A DNA stretch of 64,000 nt, from NCBI GenBank assembly GCA_047495785.1, contig JBLDXI010000054.1, positions 3,968,001 to 4,032,000 on the forward strand, in the 5' to 3' direction. Below are positions 11,500-23,300 of the stretch, piece after piece. The notes under the pieces are model-generated. The model worked only from the letters and a program-made list of their open reading frames with translations, was not told where the DNA came from and made no database searches. The DNA is from Lepidodermella squamata (Eukaryota; Animalia; Gastrotricha). The first letter of the stretch is position 1. The number at the start of each line of letters is the position of its first letter. The translations under genes were made by a program, and so were the position numbers.

Positions 11500-14396
11500 C
11501 CTGGGTTGGACAGTGGAATTCTGGACACGGCAAAAAAGTAACTTTAACACTTGCTGAAATTATTTTGATGATTGAAACGCTAATGCTTGATATTTTGTTG
11601 ATCAACGAAACATGGCTTGATGATGACGATATTTTTGAAATCCCAGGATTCACCATTTTCAGTCTAGAAAGGAAAGCGAAAGCTGCCAATAACGTCACGT
11701 ATGGTGGCGTCGCAATAGCTGTAAGAAACTCCATCCGAGTCACAGAGACTTATGAATATTATACAGATCACAGTGAGTGGCTAGCCGTGGTTGTGACCGA
11801 TAAAAATGGCAAAAAACTCACCGTAGCCACGGGCTACAGCTCTCCCAACTACCCCCTTGACTTGACTTTTTTGAACTTGTGTCTAGGTGGCTCAGCAGCA
11901 AATCCTAATCACCCGTGCATCTTCGCCGGCGACCTTAACTGTTGGCATCCGACTTTATCGGACCCTATTAGCAAAAATCCGGCTGGAACTGCACTCGCTG
12001 CATGGCTGGAGAATGAGGGTCACACCGTCATGAGCGACGGTACCCCCACGCACTTTTCCACATATGGCTACGGTCGTCAAATTGATATTTGGCTGGCTAA
12101 TCAGGCGGCTCTGCCTTTCCTTACAGGACCAGCCCTCGTCGAGGACAAGTACGGCAGTGACCATTGTGCTACCCGCCTGCAGGTCGACTTCAAAGCCAGT
12201 CCTGAGCAGGAAGATACTTCTGCGAGCGAGCCTCGACTCGATTTCAACAAAGCAAACTGGGACCGTTTTGCCGAAAGACTCGCATATTGGCTCGCCACGA
12301 TTGCCGACCCGGTGAAGCCGAAGCCGGGCGACCCGGTGGAAAGCATTGAAACTTATGCCGACAGCATCGTCGACGCTATCCAACGAGCGGCGAACGAAAC
12401 GATCCCTAAATGTAAGTACTCAAAACTGTCGAGCTGGCGTTTAACCAAGGAAATAGCCATCCTACTTGATCAACGAAATAAATTGCAAAGAATTTTTGAC
12501 AAAACAAAATCTTCTGAAGCCAAAACTCGAATCAACAAACTCAACAAAGAAATCAAATTTTTGATCGCCCAGGAAAAACTCAGGGCTTGCGAACAATTTT
12601 TGAAAAAACTTGCAAAGCTTTTTAAGCAGCACCAAACTAGAGAAGCGTGGCAGGCCGTCAATGGGCGGTTGAAAGGCCGCCGCCGAAACCGCAAAATCGC
12701 CGTTCTCACCAACCTAAATGGTGTAGGTGTCACAGAGGATGCGGCCAAATGCGAGCTATTGGCGCAAACTTTTGGTAAGGTTTTAGAGGGCCCGCCTATG
12801 ACATCGAAGTCGCCGGAAGATCAGCTCTTCTGGAACGCAACCAGCGAAGAGATGGCGAGCAGCGATAAGATGCGCCCTCTCCGTACGATCCCTAACAGGG
12901 TCCAAGTCCGTGTTCCGAAGTGGGCCGTGCGGCAAATGATGAAAGCACTGAAATGGAAAGCGCCCGGGCACGACAACGTCTCCAACGTCCTCATAAAGCA
13001 CGGCGGTAAAAAGTTGGCGAAGCACTTGCGGTATCTCTACCAACTCAGCCTCAACAGTGGCTTTGTACCGAGAAACTGGAAGGTAGCGATCATCGTTCCA
13101 ATTTTAAAATCAGGTAAAGATTCACGCCTTCCCGATTCTTACCGACCGGTGTCTTTGTTACCGGCCATTGCCAAAGGTTTGGAAGTTGTTGTTGCCAAAT
13201 ATTTATACCATTTTTTAGCCATGCACAATTTATTACCACGCCACCAATTTGGCTTTCAGCCGTTACACTCCACAACCGATCCCCTTTTTCTATTTATTAG
13301 CGATGTAGGTTTATCAATTGCAAAACGGAAAAAGCTTGTTGCCATGTTGCTCGATTTCAAAGCGGCCTTCGACTGTATCTGGCACGACGGCCTTCGCAGA
13401 AAACTGGAGCAGTCGGGTCTTCCGTCGCCTATTACCAGGTGGGTTTCAGATTTCCTTCGGGACAGGAGTTTTAAAGTCAGAGTCGGAAACGAACTTTCTC
13501 AGTCCAGAAATATTTTTTGTGGCGTGCCTCAAGGGTCGCCTTTGTCGCCATTGCTATTTATTTTTTACACCAGCGACATGCAGCCCAAAAGCTGTCTCCC
13601 TGACGATGGTGCTCGGCGTGTTGGTAAGGGCACCTTCGCCGACGACGTCATTAACTGGGCCTTCGGGGACCAATACCACGTCTGCGCTCATCGCCTTCAG
13701 AGGCGGCTCTGCGCCATCGAAAGCTGGTGCAACCGCTGGCGCCTCAAACTCAATCCTGCCAAGTGCGAGGCGATCGTCTTCGGCCACTACGGCAACACAC
13801 CACCCACTGTCAACCTACGATTGTACGGCCAAGCCATCCCGCAGGTTACCCAAGTCCGGTACCTAGGTCTGCACCTAACGCCGCTCCTTTCATGGTCGAC
13901 GCATCTCGACGTCATCTCGTCAAAGATCCGACAGACCGTCGGATCTCTGTATGGCCTTTGCCGAGCTAAAAATTTGCCAAAAGGAGTTTGTGTTTTATTT
14001 TACCAGACACTCATAGAACCGGTGTTGCTGTATGGTGCCCCGGCCTGGTCCTGCATGAGCCCTTCAGCCCTGAGTCGCCTTGTGGACCTTCAAGCCTATG
14101 CCCTTAGAGCCCTACTGAACCTCCCCCAAGAAACGCACCCTATCGATGTGATCGCCTTCGCCGGCGTCACTGGTATTGACCTGCGGTTTGAGACCGCTAC
14201 CCAACGCTACGGCGAGCGAACTCTTGCCGCAGAACTCGATATTGCTAAATATATCGAATACATCGCTCATTTAACGGCTACAGACAAAATCGCGACAGAA
14301 CTGGAAAAACGCTGCCCAGCGTGGCATATCAGACAGCTGCCAAAGCCCGACTACCGCCTCCGATTCGACACCAGAGATTGGCTGATCATTGAATAA
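11496..14396 (+). CDS. LINE ORF2: APE endonuclease plus reverse transcriptase (966 aa)
   Basis: Endonuclease motifs NETWL, GGVAI, GDLN, SDH. RT motifs KAPGHD, YRPVSLL, QFGF, LDFKAAFD, GVPQGSPLSPLLF, FADD, YLG. Confidence 0.96.
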   Translation: MTWVGQWNSGHGKKVTLTLAEIILMIETLMLDILLINETWLDDDDIFEIPGFTIFSLERKAKAANNVTYGGVAIAVRNSIRVTETYEYYTDHSEWLAVVVTDKNGKKLTVATGYSSPNYPLDLTFLNLCLGGSAANPNHPCIFAGDLNCWHPTLSDPISKNPAGTALAAWLENEGHTVMSDGTPTHFSTYGYGRQIDIWLANQAALPFLTGPALVEDKYGSDHCATRLQVDFKASPEQEDTSASEPRLDFNKANWDRFAERLAYWLATIADPVKPKPGDPVESIETYADSIVDAIQRAANETIPKCKYSKLSSWRLTKEIAILLDQRNKLQRIFDKTKSSEAKTRINKLNKEIKFLIAQEKLRACEQFLKKLAKLFKQHQTREAWQAVNGRLKGRRRNRKIAVLTNLNGVGVTEDAAKCELLAQTFGKVLEGPPMTSKSPEDQLFWNATSEEMASSDKMRPLRTIPNRVQVRVPKWAVRQMMKALKWKAPGHDNVSNVLIKHGGKKLAKHLRYLYQLSLNSGFVPRNWKVAIIVPILKSGKDSRLPDSYRPVSLLPAIAKGLEVVVAKYLYHFLAMHNLLPRHQFGFQPLHSTTDPLFLFISDVGLSIAKRKKLVAMLLDFKAAFDCIWHDGLRRKLEQSGLPSPITRWVSDFLRDRSFKVRVGNELSQSRNIFCGVPQGSPLSPLLFIFYTSDMQPKSCLPDDGARRVGKGTFADDVINWAFGDQYHVCAHRLQRRLCAIESWCNRWRLKLNPAKCEAIVFGHYGNTPPTVNLRLYGQAIPQVTQVRYLGLHLTPLLSWSTHLDVISSKIRQTVGSLYGLCRAKNLPKGVCVLFYQTLIEPVLLYGAPAWSCMSPSALSRLVDLQAYALRALLNLPQETHPIDVIAFAGVTGIDLRFETATQRYGERTLAAELDIAKYIEYIAHLTATDKIATELEKRCPAWHIRQLPKPDYRLRFDTRDWLIIE

Positions 14397-14979
14397 ACGA
14401 CATAAAAACGATCAAAACAAACACTAAACATCAACCATGATCTCTTGTTTATAAGCTTTACATTATACATACTGTCTACTTACACACAAATTTTATATCT
14501 ATGAAATGTTATTGTACCCCCTGAACCATCGTGGCATCAAGTTATCGCGCCGAGAGCGCTGCGAGGCGTATGGCTGAAAATAAAATCTCGATATGCCAAT
14601 GGGTTCCAATTTTTTAGGTCATTTTGGTTCTAATAGCAAGTTGCTTTTTGCGATTTTAAGCATGTGCCTTCATGACTTCTACTAATATTAATTTTACGTC
14701 GAACAAATCCCGATAATGGCGGATGCTAGCGACCAACAGCCAGAGGATCAGTTAACCCGGATAGCTCGCCTGAAAGAGGAACTGAAAGGCGGTTGGCAGA
14801 CGAGTTAGCCGAATCGAGGCCTTCATTTGGCGGAACTCGATTGAAGATTGAATTGAGAATATTGTCCGTTTTTTAGCACATTGCTGAACCTTTGGGACGT
14901 TTCGAAAAACGCTTTCCTCCCTCTATAATTATTAAAATCGGGGGTCTCTATTGGGAATGTATGGTTAACTTAGCAATCG

Positions 14980-15563
14980 TATTCTCTATCGCATTTTGTA
15001 ATCGAAGTAATAATACCGAACCAGGAAAACTAGCGCAGCTGATCACCAATACAAAGTTCATACATTCAACCGTAATACCGCACCGGTCGTAATACATTAT
15101 TTATGAAGAATCCTATTGTCCTGCAAACTAGATCGATTTCGGTAACTATTGATAGATATCGATTTTGCTTCCCCGGTTTTCAAATATCGATCAAATCATC
15201 AAGTATTCACCCCCTCATCAGGTAACAGAAACTTTCGGTTGTTTTCTCGCAGTTCTCAATAAAAAAAGCCGTTAATATTGCTTCTGATAGCCATCACAGA
15301 TCAGATCAGATCGGTAGGAATATGAAGATATATTCGCACACCTATAAGCTACTTCAGCTCGACCTCTCTTAATTTTTCCGACAGTGTTACCAGAAGTTAG
15401 CTGCTACAAAACGTATATTAGGTATATTTTGTAGTATTCATCATCTTCCTAAAGCGGAGCTTATACTCCAATAGCAAAGCAAGTTATAAAATATAAGTCT
15501 GGTATGCACAGGGAAGCCATTTGCTTAGCAACCGGTAGACCTAATTTTTGCGTGGCAGAGAGG
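14980..15563. repeat. Direct repeat copy B (upstream of SDR paralogue 3)
   Basis: Matches 2620-3053 and carries an extra ~165 bp (about 15063-15230). Confidence 0.95.
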
Positions 15564-15715
15564 ACACCAACGAGTCCCTTGTAAATAAAATATTAATTTG
15601 AATCAGCATTGAAGCACTGAACTCATCTCCAAACATTAAATTCACAAGCAATTCACTTCGTGAAACTTTTCAGTTGGAGCTTTTTTAGATTTTGAGAAAA
15701 GTTAGCAAGCCATAT

Positions 15716-16735
15716 ATGAGCGACAAAAAGCGAGTCGTTGTTGTGACTGGTGCTAATAAAGGCATCGGCTTCGCCATTGTCAAGCAGATACTGTTACAGC
15801 GACCTACTTGGACCGTCTACCTAACTGCCCGCGACCAAGCGAGAGGCCAGGAAGCGATTCGCAAGCTGAAAGACAATTCGAATCTTCTCGCCAATTTTCA
15901 TCTGTTGAACGTCGACTCGATTGACTCGATTCGGACTTTCCGCGACTATCTTCGAATGCAGCATGGCAATATCGATGTGTTAATCAATAATGCCGCGATT
16001 TTTCCGATGGTCAACTCACCGAACGCCAAGCCAGGAGAAATCATATTCGACCGTGCGAAAATCGAACGAACAATTAAAACTAATTATTCGAGCGTTGTCG
16101 ATGTTTGCCACGAATTATTCCCGCTGTTGGCTCCAGACTCTCGAGTCGTCTTCCTTTCCTCACGGCTAGCTCAGGTAACACTATTCAATGGAAACATTTG
16201 TAAAACCTCCCGTTTCCAAACTAAAACAGGCTGCGTATGTCAACACACAAGACAATATGCAATACAAAATTCGTGATTGCACCACCGTCGATCAGTTGAA
16301 TGGGCTCATGAACTCTTTCACAGCAGTGGACCACAATAATTCCAGTCAAATCAACTCATGGTTAGCTAAACCAGCAATTTATGACGCCCACCCGCCTTTC
16401 GCTCTCGGTATTCTATACGCGTACGGTTTTGCAAAGCTTGGGCTGAATATCTACACCAAAATCATGCAGAAGAAATTTGACCAAGAAGGTAAACGAATCA
16501 ACATCAACGCCTGCTGTCCCGGAATGGTTTGCAATTTGTCCTGATTTTCTTGCGCGAATATATTCCGAGTTTCCATGTTATTATTTAGGTTCAAACCGAT
16601 TTAAATCCATATGGAGTTCTCACAACTGATCAAGGAGCAGATACTCCTGTCTACTTGGCTCTTTTACCAGCTGATAGCACGATAAAAGGTCAATTTCTAT
16701 TCGAGCGGCGCACCATCGATCCTCTCACACTTTGA
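15716..16735 (+). CDS. Carbonyl reductase (CBR1-like SDR) paralogue 3, catalytically canonical
   Basis: Three exons. TGANKGIG, NNAA, VVFLSS, YGFAK (YxxxK), INACCPGMVQTDL, GADTPVYLALLP. Confidence 0.93.
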
Positions 16736-16856
16736 CGTAATAGCTTAAAGCTAATATTTACTCATTCATTAATATTTTAATGTCATCAATAAATTTTGAG
16801 TTGGAAGCGCAAAATACAAGCTTTATTAAAAAAAAATCTAAAAATTGCCCGGTTCA

Positions 16857-17563
16857 CTAGCGATATGTTAATAGTAGTGTTACGATGATCGATAACAATG
16901 CTGTGAATGAAAGCTGAGAGTTCAGGAGACGCGAATCATTCGGTGTTAAAATTGAAGTTTCGGCTCGAGCCATGCATGGTACGCCAGTGGCAGATTCACC
17001 GCTTGCTATTCGATAGAATCCTAACACTGCAACCTATAATCATGCGCATTCATTTAATTTGTTCGCAATTAAAATATTATTTGACCAACCTGGTAAACTT
17101 TGTTTTTGACGACGCTGAATTCGTACGAATTATCATCGATTCGATCGGCAGTTAACATGGTAAGGCGGACATCTTTCTGTTCACGACAGTAGGCATTGGC
17201 GCAGTCGCCGCTCCATTGTTGAAACCAGTAAGCTTCGTGTTCGTTCGGCGATCGATCTCGCCACGAACAAGAGGCGAGCATCGAAGCATTGACGAGGCTA
17301 TCGTCGAGACGCCTTATTGAATTCAGCGTTACATTGCCACTTTCTACCAAAACGAGACATTTTAGGCCGTAGATGAAATCGGAACAGTTCGCGGACGATT
17401 TAACCCCGTCTTCCAGTCCAGACTCTTCGAATAGAAAATGATCGTCGAATACTACGAATGGCTTGGTAAATGTTTGGCTGTTGCAGGCGCGGCTGAAGCC
17501 TGCCATGATGGCAACTGTTGAGGAAACTATCAAAAGCAACTCGGTAGGTTGTAGGAGTCGCAT
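16857..17563 (-). CDS. FN3-like cell-surface protein 1, predicted GPI-anchored
   Basis: Signal peptide; Cys pattern C..LKC..CSW..C-x4-C..YEFSVV..YQ|VAVLG..C; terminal hydrophobic SFTALLSIIVTLLLTYR*; intron 17034-17089. Confidence 0.75.
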
Positions 17564-17617
17564 GGGCAAGATTAAAAGAGTTCTAAACATTAAACAAAAA
17601 ATTGCATAATAATTCGT

Positions 17618-18259
17618 TCAATTTATCGCATAATGTTTGTTCCTCTCATTCTTGTCGACGTAAAGATAGATTATAAACGATACAACGCCCGCTATAAGGA
17701 AGCCGAACACGATGAAGATAGCAATCAGGTAAATGCCGTAAGGTGGCGGCACTGAAAAAGTCACTCGACTAGGAATCGAACAGCGGGCTTGATTTGTTGG
17801 TCCTATGTTTAACCCGACAACTTCGACCTACGATATAGAGACATTTAAAACTAATGCTGTTAAAATACATTTCTAAATACCTGGTAGTCAGCACCTGGTA
17901 CGACACCGAACTCTAAATGAGTTCGTCTCACATAGTAAACTTCGTTGATGTGAGAGCATCGTTTTTCATCGTAAGGACACTACAATTAATCTCAATCAAA
18001 TCAGGAATTATAAAAGGAAAATGAAGCCAACCTCATCTCGCCAAAATGACAGCGAGTATATGTAGCTTTCATTGCTGGGCGCGGAATTTGACCAGGAACA
18101 GTGGCTTGAAAACGATAACCACAGGGCGGTCTTCTCAACGATACATTTTAGCGATGATGGATCTAACGCAGTTTGGCAATTAATCAATCTCTCGCCGGCT
18201 GATGTCATGCAGAGAATCGCAGAAAAAATCGGTAGAAAAGTTGTGAACAGAATAGACAT
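17618..18259 (-). CDS. FN3-like type I membrane protein 2
   Basis: Signal peptide; C..LKC..CSW..YIYSLSF..|CPYDEKRC..LEFGVVPGADYQ|VEVVG..RC; TM IYLIAIFIVFGFLIAGVVSFIIYLYV; short tail. Confidence 0.78.
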
Positions 18260-18402
18260 CGATGTCAAAGAAATGTTGAAAAATTTTAAAATTTATTAGC
18301 ACAGAAAAACACTTCGAGACGCGCGAGATGATGATGATGTTGCTCTTCATCTGTTTTGTTTACACTCAGACGATAAAAAAAGTGTGTTTGCTCGAATAAA
18401 CA

Positions 18403-19020
18403 TCACTGCTCTGCTTCGGCTCGATTTGTAACAACCGTGCGTCGGCGCTTTCTGCAGTACAACGTGTAGACGGCGTAGACGGCTATCGCAAGGAAAATTC
18501 CAGAGATAGAAACGGCGACGGCGCCATAGGCGACAGGCACGTCGAAGGCGACAATGGCGGGAGAGACGCAGCGGCGCATGACATCACCGGTAATGTTTCG
18601 CCGCCTTGCATGCTCGTAAAGGGACCAGTCGGTTGGGATGCCGGAGACGTGAAGTTCATAGGCCGTGTCGGGCCGCACGTCGAACTCTAGCGATGTTGCC
18701 TTTTGGTACTTGATCTCGTTCTGGTACAAGCATTCGCGGCCTTTATTCTTACACGCCTGTAAAAAGACCAAAATGATTTCGAAGTTCGAATTCAATATTC
18801 AAAGAACAATGCTAACCCTGTAGTAGTAGGAAACGGTGTATATTAGATTATTCATCGGATCAGCTGCAGCCCAGTTGCAGAAGACTCGAAAGTTGAAACC
18901 GGCGTCGGGCGAGTAGGTTTCGCAGCGTAAATTAGATGCGTCGACAGACTGAACGCATTCCTTCATCGGTAACATTGCTGCCGCCGACTGAACGAAGGTA
19001 AGCCAGCTTAATAGCGTCAT
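18403..19020 (-). CDS. FN3-like type I membrane protein 3 (alternative start at 19068)
   Basis: C..LRC..CNW..IYTVSY..|ACKNKGREC..LEFDVRPDTAYELHVSG..RC; TM followed by stop-transfer CRKRRR. Confidence 0.78.
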
Positions 19021-20373
19021 ATAATTGTTGTTTATCGCCAAAACAACAATGTTGAAATCTGTGGTCATTTTTCGTCTCACAGAATTATTCGATCGAAGAG
19101 GCGAGGAAATGGCCGAGATATAAGGTAAGGATAGCCGGGCGATTTCCGCTTCGAGCTCAACGAGCAGCTCTAATAGCTGCCGTAGCGAAAAGTAGACCCA
19201 GCATTGGTCAAGTGGTCGGCAAATACTAATGTGAACGACGATAATAACTGAGTGACGAGCGCATCCGCCTTCCTTTTTGCTTTATTTCTACTCGGCAGCA
19301 CAAAGCCGCGCGCGGGCGACTCAGCGTATGACTGTAAACTGATATTGGAAGAGTTCTGTTTTTTCGTTCTATTATTATTATATATATATATTTAACTCTG
19401 ACGTAATTTGTACATCTCGTCTACTTTCATTAGCTTCTTCTGAATGATATCGTAGATATCCTCTTCCGCCGACAAAAGGGACAAGTGGGATTTCGTATAA
19501 ATTTATCCTGCTAAGTTGACAGTCATTTACACAATATCGATTAAAAAGTTTATCACAAATATAATATGGATTCAATAATATTATAGAATAAAACTGGATG
19601 TTAGCGGCAGTTCCAGAGCGTGATACCTCGTTACGCCATTTCAGGTCAATTTTCACGAAATTTTAAATCAGAGAATAGCGAGACCAAATTGCAAATTTGG
19701 AACAAAACACAAACTATAAAAATTAGTCTTTTCCGAAAAATTCTGTCAGTTATTATTTCGATTTATTATAAAAATTAATCGCGAAATTCAGAAAATGCAG
19801 AAAATAAATTTTTTGGTTTAGCTTACGGTCAAATTTTGTTCAGCTAAAAGTAGGACTCTTTCTAAATTAATGGACATTCCTTTACATCAGATTTTCTATG
19901 TTTCTGAAGAATAAACCGCAGTCTTTCGTTGATTAACCTAAACCGATTGTTTGATGCTCGTTTTCATTCCTAAAAGACGGTCCTTTCATTCTGTCTTCAC
20001 TGGCTTGAAGAATTATAACGTGTATCCGAAGTGTGGCAAAGAAATTGCTCAGGTGTACTTTGCCCCAAATGGGATGACTCATCATGCTTTATTTTACATC
20101 ATCTGGAAAAAGGCTAGGTGGTTTCGTTTTATCATTGTTGTGGTATTGCCGTAATAACTGAAGTATCTTATCATATTTTGGAGAATTACTTATTCGTTCG
20201 CACCCGAAATTAGCAACTCCCATTTCTTACGAAAGATAAAAGGATGCCGCTGCAAAGGAATTCGCGGAATTCCGGCAAATTCTGTGAAAACTTGTATAAA
20301 TAAACACCCGCCTTCGTCTACCTGTATTACTTCATTTTACAGTTTTAGGGCTTTCATTCAAAACGAAATCTTT

Positions 20374-23300
20374 ATGGGTACATGTAAGCATGGTGACTAC
20401 TCAGTGTTAATTGTTATTCATATTGTAGTAATTATTTACTCGTTATCAGCCACGCCCAGGTTCTCGTATTTTGGCTGTTGTAGATTACGCAGCTGCTGAA
20501 AAAATGGTTCACAGTGGTCTAGAGCAGTTAGTCGAAGAGTGTCGCAAACGAGGCTTCGATGCCGTCAAGCTTTGCCGCGAATTACAACAGCTCGATGACG
20601 ACTACGTCAGCAAGCAATTCGATTATGATTTCGTCGAACGGGTCTGCGAGGATAATTCCGACTTGAGACTTTCAGATAGGATTGATGCTTTCTGCAGCCA
20701 CTGGGGAAGCAGCAGTTGTAGTAACGAATCTATTTTCTGGGTAATTCAAGCTGCGGAGAACGTTGACAGAGAATTTGCACGTTTCATAGCTAATAAGCTT
20801 CGGAATCAACTAGAAAATCCGGCATCGCCTCTGCAAGATGAAGACGCTAAGGAGGAAATGTTCGAATACATCGAAAAATACACGCCTTTATCCGAAGTTG
20901 TAAGTCCTGTTAAGATAGATAATACAGCAGGTGATACAATTTGTAATAAAAAGGTCACTCTATTGGCGAGCCGACTTGCATCTGGTCCCTCGGGACATGC
21001 GACAAATAAAATATTCCGATGCAACATCCCCTTGCCTTTGCGCAATCATCACGATCGTAAGGAAGTCGACGAAACCATTAAAGGAGCCATCTATCTCCTC
21101 GGCAATGCTTCCAGCCCTGCAACTGTTGTCATTTCAGGCGAAGGAGGTATCGGCAAAACTAGTGCAATTAGCAATTTTGTTTCCAGACCTAGCAGTGATG
21201 AAATTTTCAAGGCTTTGAAAATGACTGCTATCGTTTGGCTGGATGTTTTCGATTTCAAGCGGGAAGATAATTACGACGAGATCGAATTTTTGCAGCGCTT
21301 TGCTGACATAATAGGAGCAAAATATAACCCTGCTAATACGCGCGATCGGCAGGGCTATTTCTCGTCGATTCGAATGGCTCTTGTGAATCGGGCCAAGGCT
21401 ACTGGAAACTTGGCGTTGATAGTTCTTGATAATCTCTACAAACCCGAAATTCTCTGGACCGTGCGAAAAATCAGCAACCAAACTAGGACCTTGGCTATCA
21501 CTAGAGACCCGCTGTCTCTAATAGAACACGATTTGACAAACAATATCATTGGAAACTTGAACATCTCTCCTATTAGTTTGGATGACGCTTGTGCTATGAT
21601 AGGGAAATATCTGTCACCTGAGCTCATTGATCGAGATGGTAAGCTGGAAACGTTGGGAAATTTCTGCAGGGGATTACCGATAATGGCGTCGCTTTTTGCA
21701 GCAATTTTCAGATCGCGAAAGAAAGTTGAACATCACAGCGTATTTGTCGACCTCGTCCAACGACTGAATCAATCACATTCGCTTTCAAGACTTCCGTTCA
21801 CTGAGCAGGAGATGCGATTCAATGATATGCAGCAATTACTTGCATTCAGCTTGGAAATTGAGCGAAAAGCCGAAGTTTATTACCGATTCCTGCTCTTCCA
21901 ACCTGGCTCAACCGTAAAGAGCAGTGAAATGGAAGTGTTATGGGCGACTTCTAACGCGCAGGAAGCTGAGAAAATGTGCGAAGACTTTTGCTTCAAGGGC
22001 CTATTGCGAAAGGTTGCAGATGGTTCCTACACAGTTCATGATCTGTTGTTCGAAGCAGCCTTGAGGCAAGCTCAATTAGGCGAAGACGCCGATAGTTCGA
22101 GAGAAGCTCTCCTCAATCAAACTTTATTCGAATTTGAGGATAAAAAATTCGAAGATAAAACCTTTGAATGTAATCTCTTGAAAACGTGCCTCGATCGGCG
22201 GCTATACCGGTTAATGGAAATTAGCTCGAAATACATTTCGCAAGATGCCTGTGAACGCTTTGTGTCGGATTCTCCCATTCTGCACAAACTTTTCGCCTCT
22301 GCTGAACGATCGGCTATATGGGGCCGCGAGCCAGCCATCTTTTGCTCTATTGTCGGTAAGATGAGTAACGAAGCCATTTCAACCTTGCCAGATTTGGATA
22401 ATCTCCGAGATCACGATGGAAATTACCCTTTGCACTATACAGCTTCAAGAAACGACCTGGAGATGACCAAGAAGCTGCTATCAATCAGCGGCCTGTCGGT
22501 GAATAAAGCTGCGAACGACGGGCAAACTCCATTGCATCTTGCCGTCCGATGGAATAACTTGGTTCTGTTGGAAACGTTGTTGGGAACACCTGGAATTGAT
22601 GTTAACGCTAGGGACAGGCTGGGAGCTACGCCCTTATTTGTCGCCTGCCATTCCGGAAAACCTGATGTGGTTAGAGCCCTGCTGAATTTATGCGATCGAA
22701 TCGATGTAGATTCAGCCGATGAATTCGGGGACACCCCATTGCTCTGTGCCTGCCGGTCGAAGAACGACAGGGCTGTTGAATTGCTGTTGGAATCAAAAAG
22801 GGTTGACATGAACAAGCAGAATGTCTACGGCGGATCTCCACTGCATTATGCATCTCTCGTGGGCGCTGCTCATGCAGTTCGCCTCATTCTACAACAACCG
22901 AACTGTAATGCTTGCCCAGAAGATGAAGATGGCAAATATCCGATTCATCACGCGATGAGGTCAGGATTCACCGAAATTGCTATAATGCTGCGGCGGAATG
23001 GTGGGGATGAATGTCGGGATGGTTGGAATGACCTTCACGCGGCGTGCAGAGCTTCGGAAATTGACAAAGTTCGCAATATTATGGCCGAAAATCCGCATTA
23101 CTGCGCGGCCAAAGACGGGAAAGGACTGCTACCGTTGCATGTCGCAGCTTTCGAGGGTGAAATTCGCATTGTTGAACTCTTGATGCCATATTGTGCAAAG
23201 GAAAACCTGGTTAATCAACGTGATAACAATGGCTGGTTGCCGCTACATTGGGCAGCTTACAAGGGAAGCTTTGAGATCGCCGAGCTTTTGCTAGCCCATG

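Larger units (their letters stand above)
10935..14596 (+). mobile_element. Non-LTR retrotransposon (LINE, Jockey/I-group-like), 5'-truncated
   Basis: ORF1 remnant with zinc knuckle, intact EN-RT ORF2, 3' UTR with AATAAA. Candidate target-site duplication CAATGGGTT at 10926-10934 and 14597-14605. Confidence 0.92.

Noticed and set aside
14716-14850. Short coiled-coil-like ORF MADASDQQPEDQL after the LINE
   Set aside because: Stops after 30 codons; unidentifiable, at best a fragment.
2620-15563. LTR retrotransposon interpretation of the direct repeats
   Set aside because: No TG..CA ends, PBS, PPT, protease or integrase; the only RT is LINE-type with its own boundaries.
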